A DNA stretch of 64,000 nt, taken from assembly GCF_003334815.1 (NCBI RefSeq), contig NZ_QOWO01000010.1. The stretch is one strand, 5' to 3'. The translations under genes were made by a program, and so were the position numbers. Of the stretch, positions 10,209 to 20,913 are shown in pieces (position 1 is the first letter of the stretch; each line of letters begins with the position of its first letter). The DNA comes from Escherichia coli (GTDB taxonomy: Bacteria > Pseudomonadota > Gammaproteobacteria > Enterobacterales > Enterobacteriaceae). The notes beneath the pieces were generated by a model. The model saw only the letters and a program-made list of their open reading frames with translations, was not told the origin of the DNA and ran no database searches.

Positions 10209-12635
10209 ATGATGAAAATCCATACCACAGAGGCGCTCATGAAGGCTGAAATCAGCCGTAGAAGTCTGATGAAAACCTCCGCACTTGGCAGTCTTGCGCT
10301 GGCAAGCAGTGCTTTCACTCTGCCATTTTCCCAAATGGTCCGGGCGGCAGAGGCTCCGGTAGAAGAGAAAGCGGTCTGGAGTTCCTGCACCGTTAACTGC
10401 GGGAGCCGCTGTCTGTTACGTTTGCATGTGAAAGATGACACCGTGTACTGGGTGGAGTCTGATACGACAGGTGACGACGTCTACGGTAATCATCAGGTTC
10501 GAGCGTGTTTACGCGGGCGCTCTATCCGCCGACGGATGAATCATCCTGATAGGTTGAAATATCCCATGAAGCGCGTCGGCAAGCGCGGTGAAGGTAAATT
10601 TGAACGGATAAGTTGGGACGAAGCCCTGGATACCATCAGTGATAATCTTCGGCGGATCCTGAAAGATTACGGCAATGAGGCTGTACATGTCCTGTACGGA
10701 ACAGGCGTAGATGGCGGAAACATCACCAACTCAAACGTCCCGTACCGTCTGATGAACTCTTGCGGTGGTTTTCTCAGTCGCTATGGCAGCTACAGTACCG
10801 CACAGATCAGTGCCGCAATGAGTTATATGTTCGGTGCCAATGATGGCAACAGCCCGGATGATATCGCCAATACGAAACTGGTCGTTATGTTCGGAAATAA
10901 CCCGGCAGAAACGCGGATGAGCGGCGGTGGTGTCACTTACTACGTCGAGCAAGCCCGCGAACGTTCAAACGCACGCATGATCGTCATCGATCCACGTTAT
11001 AACGACACTGCTGCCGGGCGTGAAGATGAATGGCTGCCCATTCGCCCTGGCACCGATGGCGCACTGGCCTGTGCGATTGCCTGGGTACTGATTACTGAAA
11101 ACATGGTCGATCAGCCATTTCTCGACAAATATTGTGTTGGTTACGATGAAAAAACGCTGCCCGCCAACGCACCACGTAACGCGCATTATAAAGCCTATAT
11201 TCTGGGCGAAGGGCCTGACGGCATAGCTAAAACGCCGAAATGGGCAGCAAAAATCACCAGCATCCCGGCAGAAAAAATTATCCAGTTGGCACGAGAGATC
11301 GGTTCAGCAAAACCTGCTTATATTTGTCAGGGTTGGGGGCCACAACGACATTCCAACGGCGAGCAAACATCCCGCGCTATTGCCATGCTTTCCGTTCTCA
11401 CCGGCAACGTCGGCATAAACGGCGGCAACTCAGGCGTACGCGAAGGTAGCTGGGATCTGGGGGTAGAATGGTTCCCGATGCTCGAGAATCCTGTTAAAAC
11501 GCAGATTTCCGTCTTTACATGGACAGATGCCATCGACCATGGTACGGAAATGACCGCGACCCGTGATGGTGTTCGTGGAAAAGAAAAACTGGATGTCCCC
11601 ATCAAGTTTTTATGGTGCTACGCCAGTAACACATTGATCAATCAACATGGCGACATCAATCACACCCATGAGGTGCTTCAGGATGACAGCAAGTGCGAGA
11701 TGATTGTTGGCATTGACCACTTCATGACGGCCTCGGCTAAGTATTGCGATATCCTGTTGCCCGACCTGATGCCAACAGAGCAAGAAGACCTTATCTCTCA
11801 TGAATCTGCAGGGAATATGGGCTATGTGATCCTCGCCCAACCCGCAACCTCAGCAAAATTTGAACGCAAACCCATCTACTGGATGCTGAGTGAAGTCGCC
11901 AAACGCTTAGGACCAGACGTTTATCAAACCTTTACTGAAGGTCGCAGTCAGCATGAATGGATCAAATATCTCCATGCGAAAACGAAGGAACGTAACCCTG
12001 AGATGCCCGACTACGAGGAGATGAAAACGACCGGGATCTTTAAGAAAAAATGCCCGGAAGAACACTACGTCGCTTTCCGCGCATTCCGTGAAGATCCACA
12101 GGCAAACCCGTTGAAAACACCTTCGGGGAAAATCGAAATTTATTCTGAACGACTGGCGAAGATTGCAGATACCTGGGAATTGAAAAAAGATGAAATTATT
12201 CATCCCCTTCCTGCGTATACCCCAGGTTTTGATGGCTGGGACGATCCCCTGCGGAAAACCTATCCACTGCAGTTAACGGGCTTCCATTACAAAGCGCGTA
12301 CCCACTCCAGCTACGGCAATATTGATGTGTTACAGCAGGCCTGCCCACAAGAGGTGTGGATCAACCCCATTGATGCTCAGGCACGCGGTATCCGTCATGG
12401 CGATACCGTGCGGGTATTTAACAATAATGGAGAAATGCTGATTGCCGCAAAAGTGACTCCGCGTATTCTGCCTGGCGTTACCGCCATCGGGCAAGGTGCG
12501 TGGCTTAAAGCGGATATGTTTGGTGACCGGGTCGATCACGGCGGCAGTATCAATATTCTGACCTCTCACCGCCCTTCACCGCTGGCAAAGGGAAACCCGT
12601 CGCACAGCAATCTTGTCCAGATCGAAAAGGTTTAA
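10209..12635 (+). CDS. ynfF: Tat-exported molybdopterin oxidoreductase catalytic subunit, DmsA family (paralog of ynfE)
   Basis: 808-aa ORF with a twin-arginine signal (SRRSLMK) and Cys cluster (CTVNCGSRC). Long collinear identity with ynfE. The second ATG at 10212 may be the true start. Confidence 0.95.
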   Translation: MMKIHTTEALMKAEISRRSLMKTSALGSLALASSAFTLPFSQMVRAAEAPVEEKAVWSSCTVNCGSRCLLRLHVKDDTVYWVESDTTGDDVYGNHQVRACLRGRSIRRRMNHPDRLKYPMKRVGKRGEGKFERISWDEALDTISDNLRRILKDYGNEAVHVLYGTGVDGGNITNSNVPYRLMNSCGGFLSRYGSYSTAQISAAMSYMFGANDGNSPDDIANTKLVVMFGNNPAETRMSGGGVTYYVEQARERSNARMIVIDPRYNDTAAGREDEWLPIRPGTDGALACAIAWVLITENMVDQPFLDKYCVGYDEKTLPANAPRNAHYKAYILGEGPDGIAKTPKWAAKITSIPAEKIIQLAREIGSAKPAYICQGWGPQRHSNGEQTSRAIAMLSVLTGNVGINGGNSGVREGSWDLGVEWFPMLENPVKTQISVFTWTDAIDHGTEMTATRDGVRGKEKLDVPIKFLWCYASNTLINQHGDINHTHEVLQDDSKCEMIVGIDHFMTASAKYCDILLPDLMPTEQEDLISHESAGNMGYVILAQPATSAKFERKPIYWMLSEVAKRLGPDVYQTFTEGRSQHEWIKYLHAKTKERNPEMPDYEEMKTTGIFKKKCPEEHYVAFRAFREDPQANPLKTPSGKIEIYSERLAKIADTWELKKDEIIHPLPAYTPGFDGWDDPLRKTYPLQLTGFHYKARTHSSYGNIDVLQQACPQEVWINPIDAQARGIRHGDTVRVFNNNGEMLIAAKVTPRILPGVTAIGQGAWLKADMFGDRVDHGGSINILTSHRPSPLAKGNPSHSNLVQIEKV

Positions 12636-12645
12636 GGAGTAGCCC

Positions 12646-13263
12646 ATGACCACACAATATGGATTTTTTATCGATTCCAGCCGCTGTACTGGCTGTAAAA
12701 CCTGCGAACTGGCGTGCAAAGATTTTAAAGATCTTGGCCCGGAAGTCAGTTTCCGCCGTATTTATGAATACGCTGGCGGCGACTGGCAGGAAGATAATGG
12801 CGTCTGGCACCAGAACGTGTTCGCTTATTATCTCTCCATCTCCTGTAACCATTGCGATGACCCCGCATGTACAAAAGTCTGCCCCAGCGGCGCAATGCAT
12901 AAGCGTGAAGATGGCTTTGTGGTGGTTGATGAAGATGTTTGTATCGGCTGCCGCTACTGCCACATGGCTTGTCCGTACGGCGCGCCACAGTACAATGCTG
13001 AAAAAGGGCACATGACGAAGTGCGATGGTTGTTATTCGCGCGTCGCCGAGGGGAAACAACCCATATGTGTCGAATCCTGCCCGCTGCGTGCACTTGAGTT
13101 CGGTCCAATTGAAGAGCTGCGCCAGAAGCACGGCACTCTTGCTGCCGTCGCGCCACTGCCGCGCGCGCATTTCACAAAACCCAATATCGTTATCAAACCT
13201 AACGCCAACAGCCGCCCGACCGGCGATACCACTGGTTATCTGGCTAATCCGGAGGAAGTGTAA
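12646..13263 (+). CDS. ynfG: Four-cluster [4Fe-4S] ferredoxin-type electron-transfer subunit (DmsB-like)
   Basis: 205-aa ORF with four Cys clusters (CTGCKTCELAC, CNHCDDPACTKVCP, CIGCRYCHMACP, CDGC…CVESCP). Confidence 0.95.
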   Translation: MTTQYGFFIDSSRCTGCKTCELACKDFKDLGPEVSFRRIYEYAGGDWQEDNGVWHQNVFAYYLSISCNHCDDPACTKVCPSGAMHKREDGFVVVDEDVCIGCRYCHMACPYGAPQYNAEKGHMTKCDGCYSRVAEGKQPICVESCPLRALEFGPIEELRQKHGTLAAVAPLPRAHFTKPNIVIKPNANSRPTGDTTGYLANPEEV

Positions 13264-13264
13264 A

Positions 13265-14119
13265 ATGGGAAATGGATGGCATGAGTGGCCACTGGTTATC
13301 TTTACCGTATTGGGTCAATGCGTAGTAGGCGCGCTGATTGTTAGCGGAATTGGCTGGTTCGCCGCCAAAAATGACGCAGACCGTCAGCGTATTGTCCGTG
13401 GCATGTTTTTCCTCTGGCTGTTGATGGGCGTCGGGTTTATTGCCTCTGTCATGCACCTGGGATCGCCACTGCGGGCGTTTAACTCGCTGAATCGAATCGG
13501 AGCTTCTGGTCTGAGTAACGAGATTGCTGCCGGTTCCATATTTTTTGCCGTTGGCGGATTATGGTGGCTGGTGGCAGTCATCGGTAAAATGCCGCAAGCG
13601 TTGGGGAAACTCTGGTTACTTTTCAGCATGGCGCTCGGCGTCATTTTCGTCTGGATGATGACCTGCGTGTATCAAATCGACACCGTGCCAACCTGGCATA
13701 ACGGTTACACTACGCTGGCTTTCTTCCTGACGGTATTGTTGAGCGGTCCAATACTTGCTGCCGCAATTCTGCGGGCAGCTCGCGTTACATTTAATACCAC
13801 ACCATTTGCCATCATTAGCGTTCTGGCGCTGATCGCTTGTGCCGGGGTGATTGTGCTGCAAGGTTTGTCTCTGGCGTCTATTCACTCATCCGTGCAACAA
13901 GCCAGCGCACTGGTACCAGATTACGCCTCCTTACAGGTCTGGCGTGTGGTATTGTTATGCGCAGGTCTTGGATGCTGGCTTTGCCCGCTCATTCGTCGCC
14001 GTGAACCTCACGTTGCCGGACTTATTCTGGGGCTAATCCTCATACTTGGCGGTGAGATGATCGGGCGTGTGCTCTTTTATGGCCTGCACATGACAGTAGG
14101 AATGGCTATTGCAGGTTAA
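13265..14119 (+). CDS. ynfH: Integral-membrane anchor subunit (DmsC-like)
   Basis: The ORF-track ORF 13025..14119 overlaps ynfG in another frame. The in-frame ATG at 13265 (MGNGWHEWPLV) gives a 284-aa polytopic membrane protein immediately after the ynfG stop. Confidence 0.85.
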   Translation: MGNGWHEWPLVIFTVLGQCVVGALIVSGIGWFAAKNDADRQRIVRGMFFLWLLMGVGFIASVMHLGSPLRAFNSLNRIGASGLSNEIAAGSIFFAVGGLWWLVAVIGKMPQALGKLWLLFSMALGVIFVWMMTCVYQIDTVPTWHNGYTTLAFFLTVLLSGPILAAAILRAARVTFNTTPFAIISVLALIACAGVIVLQGLSLASIHSSVQQASALVPDYASLQVWRVVLLCAGLGCWLCPLIRRREPHVAGLILGLILILGGEMIGRVLFYGLHMTVGMAIAG

Positions 14120-14161
14120 CAAATTGGTGCGGGGCAACCCGCACATTTCAGGATGTTAGGA

Positions 14162-14776
14162 ATGACCCATTTTTCACAGCAAGATAATTTTTCTGTCGCG
14201 GCGCGCGTGTTGGGCGCGCTGTTTTATTACGCTCCAGAGAGTGCGGAAGCCGCACCTCTGGTTGCGGTACTCACCAGTGACGGCTGGGAAACTCAGTGGC
14301 CTCTACCAGAAGCGTCATTAGCGCCGCTGGTGACGGCTTTTCAGACACAGTGTGAAGAGACTCACGCCCAGGCCTGGCAGCGTTTGTTTGTCGGCCCGTG
14401 GGCACTGCCGTCTCCGCCGTGGGGGTCGGTCTGGCTGGATCGCGAATCTGTGCTGTTTGGCGATTCAACATTGGCACTTCGTCAGTGGATGCGCGAGAAA
14501 GGCATTCAGTTTGAAATGAAGCAAAACGAACCGGAAGATCATTTTGGTTCACTGCTGTTGATGGCTGCGTGGTTGGCGGAGAATGGTCGCCAGACAGAAT
14601 GCGAAGAATTGCTGGCATGGCACCTTTTTCCGTGGTCAACACGTTTTCTTGATGTTTTTATCGAAAAAGCAGAACACCCTTTCTACCGTGCACTGGGTGA
14701 ACTGGCTCGCTTAACGCTGGCGCAATGGCAATCACAACTGTTAATTCCTGTCGCGGTTAAACCGCTGTTTCGATAG
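14162..14776 (+). CDS. dmsD: Tat proofreading chaperone for DmsA-family enzymes
   Basis: ORF 14153..14776; the ATG at 14162 (MTHFSQQDNF) gives 204 aa. TorD/DmsD family. Last gene of the ynfEFGH-dmsD operon. Confidence 0.85.
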   Translation: MTHFSQQDNFSVAARVLGALFYYAPESAEAAPLVAVLTSDGWETQWPLPEASLAPLVTAFQTQCEETHAQAWQRLFVGPWALPSPPWGSVWLDRESVLFGDSTLALRQWMREKGIQFEMKQNEPEDHFGSLLLMAAWLAENGRQTECEELLAWHLFPWSTRFLDVFIEKAEHPFYRALGELARLTLAQWQSQLLIPVAVKPLFR

Positions 14777-14969
14777 GATCACCGTAATATTGCCGGATGG
14801 TGACGATTACGCGCAATCCGGCAATAATAGGTTACAGTGTCACGTTTTTTATCTCTTAAAGCACGCACTGCTTTTGCGGCTGGCCTCTTTTGCCGCAAAA
14901 TAGTCGCCCGTGTTTCATTGCCCATTTCTGCTCATGCATCATCTACACATCTATCCGGATCTGCGCACT

Positions 14970-16226
14970 ATGTTCCGCCGTCTGCTTATCGCAACAGTCG
15001 TCGGTATTCTCGCGGCCTCTGCCGTTGCCGGGTTTCGTCATGCGATGCTGCTACTGGAGTGGTTGTTCCTCAATAATGACTCCGGCAGTCTGGTCAATGC
15101 AGCGACAAACCTTTCCCCCTGGCGACGGTTGCTAACTCCGGCGCTCGGCGGACTGGCGGCGGGTTTGTTGCTGATGGGCTGGCAGAAATTTACCCAACAA
15201 CGCCCTCATGCGCCGACCGATTATATGGAAGCGTTGCAAACCGATGGACAGTTCGATTACGCAGCAAGCCTGGTTAAATCGCTTGCCTCTCTGCTGGTAG
15301 TAACCAGCGGCAGTGCAATTGGTCGCGAAGGTGCGATGATTCTTTTAGCTGCCCTTGCCGCCTCCTGTTTTGCCCAACGTTTTACGCCACGCCAGGAGTG
15401 GAAATTATGGATCGCCTGTGGGGCCGCGGCGGGAATGGCTGCGGCCTATCGTGCCCCGCTTGCTGGCAGTTTATTTATAGCCGAAGTGCTGTTTGGCACT
15501 ATGATGTTGGCCTCTCTCGGCCCGGTGATTATTTCCGCCGTCGTGGCATTGCTGGTTAGCAATCTGATTAATCATAGCGACGCGTTACTCTACAACGTAC
15601 AACTCTCAGTGACGGTTCAGGCTCGTGACTATGCGCTGATTATCAGTACAGGTGTGCTGGCAGGTCTGTGCGGACCACTGTTGTTAACGTTAATGAACGC
15701 CTGTCATCGTGGATTTGTGAGTCTCAAACTTGCGCCGCCCTGGCAACTGGCACTAGGCGGGTTGATCGTGGGTCTGCTTTCCCTGTTCACACCTGCAGTG
15801 TGGGGCAACGGCTATAGCACCGTACAATCCTTTTTAACCGCCCCACCACTGTTAATGATCATTGCCGGGATCTTCCTTTGTAAACTGTGTGCCGTGCTGG
15901 CGAGTAGCGGTTCCGGCGCACCCGGTGGGGTCTTTACACCGACGCTATTTATCGGTCTTGCCATTGGCATGTTGTATGGTCGTAGCCTGGGATTATGGTT
16001 CCCTGATGGCGAAGAAATTACACTTTTACTCGGATTGACCGGGATGGCGACACTGTTGGCGGCGACCACGCACGCGCCGATTATGTCGACGTTGATGATA
16101 TGTGAAATGACCGGGGAGTATCAGCTACTCCCCGGTTTATTGATTGCCTGCGTAATTGCGTCGGTAATTTCGCGGACGTTACACCGTGACTCTATCTACC
16201 GCCAGCACACTGCGCAGCATAGCTAA
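14970..16226 (+). CDS. clcB: ClC-family voltage-gated chloride channel / H+-Cl- antiporter
   Basis: ORF 14910..16226 trimmed to the ATG at 14970 ([11 protein letters not shown], 418 aa). ClC signature GREGAM and a polytopic profile. Confidence 0.85.
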   Translation: MFRRLLIATVVGILAASAVAGFRHAMLLLEWLFLNNDSGSLVNAATNLSPWRRLLTPALGGLAAGLLLMGWQKFTQQRPHAPTDYMEALQTDGQFDYAASLVKSLASLLVVTSGSAIGREGAMILLAALAASCFAQRFTPRQEWKLWIACGAAAGMAAAYRAPLAGSLFIAEVLFGTMMLASLGPVIISAVVALLVSNLINHSDALLYNVQLSVTVQARDYALIISTGVLAGLCGPLLLTLMNACHRGFVSLKLAPPWQLALGGLIVGLLSLFTPAVWGNGYSTVQSFLTAPPLLMIIAGIFLCKLCAVLASSGSGAPGGVFTPTLFIGLAIGMLYGRSLGLWFPDGEEITLLLGLTGMATLLAATTHAPIMSTLMICEMTGEYQLLPGLLIACVIASVISRTLHRDSIYRQHTAQHS

Positions 16227-16874
16227 GCGGATGTATTGCCCCAGTTCACGCTGTTCGGCGCGCGGCAGATAAGGCAGTTCACCAATGAGCGGTGCCGGAA
16301 GTTTTTTACCCAGCACATCAATGATTTCCGCATAATGCGCCAGTCCTGGGTTGATTCGGTTAGCCACCCAGCCAATGAGCGGCAGCCCGTCGTTGGCGAT
16401 CGCCTGAGCTGTTAGCAGTGCATGGTTAATGCAACCTTCCTGAATACCGACAACCATCAACACCGGCAGTTGTTCCTGCACTACCCATTCAGAGAGTGGA
16501 CGCAAATCATTCATCAGACTGCGCCAGCCGCCAGTCCCTTCTACCACGACATGATCGACTTTTTCGGTCAGGTTTGCCAGGCCGTTTGAAATGAGGGTGT
16601 AATTGATTGGGCAACTGTGCGCCACGCTACTTTCTTCTTCGCTTAACGCGATAGGATTAACTGCTTCATAAGGCAGTTCGATGGTTGAAACACTCTGCAA
16701 CACCAGGGCATCTTTATTACGCAGCCCTTCGGGTGTCTCTTTGCTCCCCTTCGCTACGGGTTTATATCCCGCAACCGTTTTTCCCTGGGAGGCTAACGCT
16801 TGTAGCAATGCGCGGGAAACCACCGTTTTCCCTACAGAAGTGTCTGTACCGGTAATAAAGAAACGCTTCAGCAT
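16179..16874 (-). CDS. ynfK: Dethiobiotin synthetase paralog (BioD2)
   Basis: ORF 16179..16886 trimmed to the ATG at 16872-16874 ([17 protein letters not shown], 231 aa). P-loop GTDTSVGKT. Its 3' end overlaps the clcB 3' end convergently. Confidence 0.85.
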
Positions 16875-16998
16875 CACTAACTCCACCGTTATGCTTCACA
16901 AATATAAACCAGGAAAATAATTAACCTTGAAAGTCTAAGTTATGCTTTCCTGGCCCAAATTGAGATAGCGCAAATTTTGGTAGAACAGTTAAAAAATG

Positions 16999-18219
16999 TT
17001 AACCCTGCAACAGACGAATCAACAAAGAACCGTTATACATCGCGTCTTTTACCAGTGCAGCGCCTGCCATCGTGCCCTGGTTAGAAAACTGAGTACTCTC
17101 AACGCTGATGTGCTGACTATACGCAGGAAGGGCCTGCTGACGGATGCTGTCTGAGATGACCGGGAAGAGGATATCTGCCGCTTTACTTAACGGTGAGCCA
17201 ATCAGTATTTTTTGTGGGTTAAATAAATTCACCATGATGGCAAGAATGCGCCCGACATGCGCGCCCACCCCGGTAATGATGTCTTTTGCCAGTAGATCGC
17301 CGCGCAATGCCGCCTGACACAATGAGTCCACGGTTAACGGTTGTCCATGTAACATCGAGCTCATGGATTGATTAAGACGCAGCTGTGCCAGCTCAAGAAT
17401 ACTGTCCACGCTGGCGATGGTTTCGAGGCAGCCGTGATTCCCGCAATAACAGCGTTTCCCATACGGGTCGACCTGTGTGTGGCCTATTTCCACGAGACTA
17501 CTGCTGCCTGCGTGTAGCAGATGACCATCGGTAATGACGCCCGCCCCCACGTTGTGATCGATAACCACCTGAATCACATCGCGCGCCCCGCGTGAGGCAC
17601 CAAACAAGGCCTCTGCCATCGTCCATGCGCTGATATCATGCTGAATATAAACCGGAACGCCGGTATGCTGCTCCAGCGCCTCGCCGAGCGGCATCTCTTT
17701 TACATCCTCGTAGAACGGCATGCGATGTACAATACCATTTTCCGTATCAATAATTCCCGGCAAGGTTATGGCAATCGAAGTTAGACGCTCAAGTTTTTTC
17801 TGGTGGCGGATAAAAAACTGATCGATATGGGAAATAATACGATCCAGCAATGGCAAGTCATCTTTTAACGCCAGTTCCTGCGACTCTTCCACCACCAGTT
17901 TGCTGCTCAGATCGCGCAGAGCAAGGAAAATCTCCCCGCGACTAATGCGCAGAGAAAGATAGTGCCAGGCTTCAGTTTCAACCACCAGCCCCACCGCCGG
18001 ACGGCCACGGTTCCCCGCTTCTTTGATTTCCAGCTCTTGCACCAGGTGTGCTTCGAGCATCTCACGGACAATTTTAGTGATACTGGCAGGAGCCAGTTGC
18101 GCCAGACGGGAAAGATCGATACGCGAGACTGGACCAAGCTGATCAATCAGGCGATAAACCGCGCCCGCGTTGGTCTGCTTTATTTGATCAATGTGCCCAG
18201 GCTGGTTTTCAGCAACCAC
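16999..18219 (-). CDS. mlc: ROK-family global transcriptional repressor of PTS and sugar-uptake genes
   Basis: 406-aa ORF with an N-terminal HTH and a ROK sugar-kinase-like fold with Zn-binding Cys/His (CYCGNHGC). Confidence 0.9.
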   Translation of the reverse strand: MVAENQPGHIDQIKQTNAGAVYRLIDQLGPVSRIDLSRLAQLAPASITKIVREMLEAHLVQELEIKEAGNRGRPAVGLVVETEAWHYLSLRISRGEIFLALRDLSSKLVVEESQELALKDDLPLLDRIISHIDQFFIRHQKKLERLTSIAITLPGIIDTENGIVHRMPFYEDVKEMPLGEALEQHTGVPVYIQHDISAWTMAEALFGASRGARDVIQVVIDHNVGAGVITDGHLLHAGSSSLVEIGHTQVDPYGKRCYCGNHGCLETIASVDSILELAQLRLNQSMSSMLHGQPLTVDSLCQAALRGDLLAKDIITGVGAHVGRILAIMVNLFNPQKILIGSPLSKAADILFPVISDSIRQQALPAYSQHISVESTQFSNQGTMAGAALVKDAMYNGSLLIRLLQG

Positions 18220-18353
18220 CGCATACTCCCTATATTTTCGCGCTCCGAAATAATCTGTAGGCTATGGTGAAGCACTTCAATACGTGTCGTCAAATTTTTA
18301 CTTAGGCATGTGATTAACAGCACATTTTTCGGGCTTTTTCGCTGAAATTTCCC

Positions 18354-19247
18354 TCACCTGAGAGCATTCAGCAGATGAATACGAAAGTTACGCGCAGCCG
18401 GACTTTGTTCATGATGTTTCGGCCAGACCAACCACATTTCAGAAACCGCATCCTCTTCAGCAATCGGCACCCAGCGCATTTCGTTGAGCTGAACACGTTT
18501 AAATGACGCAGGCAAAATTGAAACACCCAGACCGGCGGAAACCAGACCGATGATGGTCATTGCCTCGCCCACCTCCTGAGTGATGACGGGCGTCAAATGG
18601 TAACGTCGCATCAGCCCGAGAATATCGTCATACAGCCCTGTCCCGACGTGCGGATCAAAAAAGACAAAGGGTTCTTTCGCCAGTTCAGCCAGCGTTACAT
18701 TCGGGTTATTTGCCAGGGGATGATCGTGCGGGATCATCGCCATAAGCGGTTCATGGACGATGACTGCGTGTTCAAGCGACTCCGGTAACGCTGTGTTACG
18801 CAGCAATCCCATATCCAGCGTTCCTTCAATGAGCGGAGCGATTTGCTCGCGAGTGTTCATTTCGCGGGTTTGTAAATGGACATCAGGATAATCACGGCGA
18901 AACAGCGATAACGTATCGGACACCGCCCGAATAAAAGGAGCCGACGAAGTAAAACCAATGCGCAACTCCCCCGCTTCACCCTGATGCAGCCTTTCAGCGC
19001 GAGCGGCAGCGTCATCCACCATAGACAGGATTTGCCGACTATCTGCAAGAAACTGTTTTCCTGCTGCCGTCAGCAATACACTGCGATTGGTTCGTGCCAG
19101 CAGTCGGGCACCAATTTGTTGCTCCAGCGCCTGAATCTGCTGACTTAGCGGCGGTTGCGAAATATTCAGGCGGGCAGCGGCGCGCCCGAAATGCAGCTCT
19201 TCCGCAACAGCAACAAAGTAACGCAGATGACGAAGTTCAATATTCAT
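18354..19247 (-). CDS. ynfL: LysR-type transcriptional regulator
   Basis: 297-aa ORF with an N-terminal LysR HTH (LRYFVAVAEELHFGRAAARLNISQPPLSQQI). Divergent from ynfM. Confidence 0.85.
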   Translation of the reverse strand: MNIELRHLRYFVAVAEELHFGRAAARLNISQPPLSQQIQALEQQIGARLLARTNRSVLLTAAGKQFLADSRQILSMVDDAAARAERLHQGEAGELRIGFTSSAPFIRAVSDTLSLFRRDYPDVHLQTREMNTREQIAPLIEGTLDMGLLRNTALPESLEHAVIVHEPLMAMIPHDHPLANNPNVTLAELAKEPFVFFDPHVGTGLYDDILGLMRRYHLTPVITQEVGEAMTIIGLVSAGLGVSILPASFKRVQLNEMRWVPIAEEDAVSEMWLVWPKHHEQSPAARNFRIHLLNALR

Positions 19248-19353
19248 ATTTAAAACATCTTATTTGAGATTATTAATATATTAGACAGAACAATTCGATT
19301 TTTCTACCCTATGTATAAGCCTGATCTACAGGCATATTTAGCAAGGATTTCAA

Positions 19354-20607
19354 GTGAGCCGTACTACAACTGTTGATGGCGCTCCGGCAAGCGACACTGA
19401 CAAGCAAAGCATTTCTCAGCCAAATCAATTTATTAAACGCGGTACGCCGCAATTTATGCGCGTCACCCTGGCGCTGTTCTCTGCCGGACTGGCAACATTT
19501 GCACTTCTCTATTGTGTGCAGCCTATCCTTCCGGTGCTTTCGCAGGAGTTTGGCTTAACCCCCGCGAACAGTAGTATTTCACTGTCCATTTCCACGGCGA
19601 TGTTGGCTATTGGTTTGCTGTTTACTGGCCCGCTATCCGATGCCATTGGTCGCAAACCAGTGATGGTCACGGCGCTACTGTTGGCCTCCATTTGTACGTT
19701 ACTTTCGACAATGATGACCAGCTGGCACGGCATTTTGATTATGCGCGCCTTGATTGGGCTTTCGTTAAGTGGCGTGGCAGCTGTTGGCATGACTTATCTT
19801 AGCGAGGAAATCCATCCCAGTTTCGTGGCCTTTTCAATGGGGTTGTATATCAGCGGCAACTCAATTGGCGGCATGAGCGGACGCTTAATTAGCGGTGTCT
19901 TCACGGACTTTTTCAACTGGCGAATTGCTCTGGCGGCAATCGGTTGTTTCGCGCTGGCCTCGGCGTTGATGTTCTGGAAAATCCTCCCTGAATCACGCCA
20001 TTTTCGCCCGACTTCGCTGCGCCCTAAGACGTTGTTTATCAACTTTCGTCTGCACTGGCGTGACCGGGGATTACCGTTATTGTTCGCAGAAGGCTTTTTG
20101 CTGATGGGGTCGTTCGTCACGCTGTTTAATTACATCGGCTATCGGTTGATGCTCTCCCCCTGGCATGTCAGTCAGGCCGTGGTTGGCTTATTATCGCTGG
20201 CTTATTTGACCGGTACATGGAGCTCACCCAAAGCCGGAACCATGACCACCCGCTATGGGCGTGGTCCAGTGATGTTGTTTTCGACGGGGGTTATGCTGTT
20301 TGGTTTACTGATGACCTTATTCAGCTCGCTGTGGCTGATCTTTGCCGGAATGTTACTCTTCTCAGCAGGATTCTTCGCAGCCCACTCAGTAGCCAGCAGC
20401 TGGATCGGCCCCCGCGCAAAACGCGCTAAAGGCCAGGCCTCCTCGCTGTATCTGTTCAGTTACTATCTGGGGTCGAGTATTGCCGGGACGCTGGGTGGTG
20501 TTTTCTGGCATAACTATGGCTGGAACGGCGTCGGCGCATTTATTGCTCTGATGCTGGTCATTGCTCTGCTGGTCGGGACGCGTTTGCATCGTCGTCTGCA
20601 CGCCTGA
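19354..20607 (+). CDS. ynfM: MFS transporter
   Basis: 417-aa ORF with a GTG start and a 12-TM-like profile. Divergently arranged with the LysR regulator ynfL. Confidence 0.85.
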   Translation: MSRTTTVDGAPASDTDKQSISQPNQFIKRGTPQFMRVTLALFSAGLATFALLYCVQPILPVLSQEFGLTPANSSISLSISTAMLAIGLLFTGPLSDAIGRKPVMVTALLLASICTLLSTMMTSWHGILIMRALIGLSLSGVAAVGMTYLSEEIHPSFVAFSMGLYISGNSIGGMSGRLISGVFTDFFNWRIALAAIGCFALASALMFWKILPESRHFRPTSLRPKTLFINFRLHWRDRGLPLLFAEGFLLMGSFVTLFNYIGYRLMLSPWHVSQAVVGLLSLAYLTGTWSSPKAGTMTTRYGRGPVMLFSTGVMLFGLLMTLFSSLWLIFAGMLLFSAGFFAAHSVASSWIGPRAKRAKGQASSLYLFSYYLGSSIAGTLGGVFWHNYGWNGVGAFIALMLVIALLVGTRLHRRLHA

Positions 20608-20913
20608 AAAATAAGTCCGGACTGCGGTAAATACCCGTCCGGACTTATTGCCAGCTCAAACCAACGTTAATAGCCATCCTAAAATAGACGAAGCGCCAGC
20701 CAATTCCCGCAGCGCGTCTAGCGTCATCAGGATTATAAGTACCCAAATAAACGGATTCATTTTGCTGTGTGTCATTTATTACTGATGCGCAGTTATTCTA
20801 CTGCTTTGTAAGTAGTAAAATAGTTAACCCGATCAAGACTACTATTATTGGTAGCTAAATTTCCCTTAAGTCACAATACGTTATTATCAACGCTGTAATT
20901 TATTCAGCGTTTG

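Noticed and set aside
12550-13170. 206-aa minus-strand ORF antisense to ynfG
   Set aside because: Antisense to a strongly supported ferredoxin gene with four canonical Cys clusters; GC-rich antisense frames are often open by chance.
13025-13264. Upstream extension of the ynfH ORF (track ORF 13025..14119, 364 aa)
   Set aside because: The extension overlaps ynfG in another frame. The ATG at 13265 directly follows the ynfG stop and gives a 284-aa DmsC-like protein.
7725-14776. Possibility that ynfEFGH-dmsD is a horizontally acquired accessory island
   Set aside because: The flanking genes are core (speG, ynfCD, clcB), the operon has ordinary spacing and no mobility genes or flanking repeats; it looks like an ancestral paralog of dmsABC.
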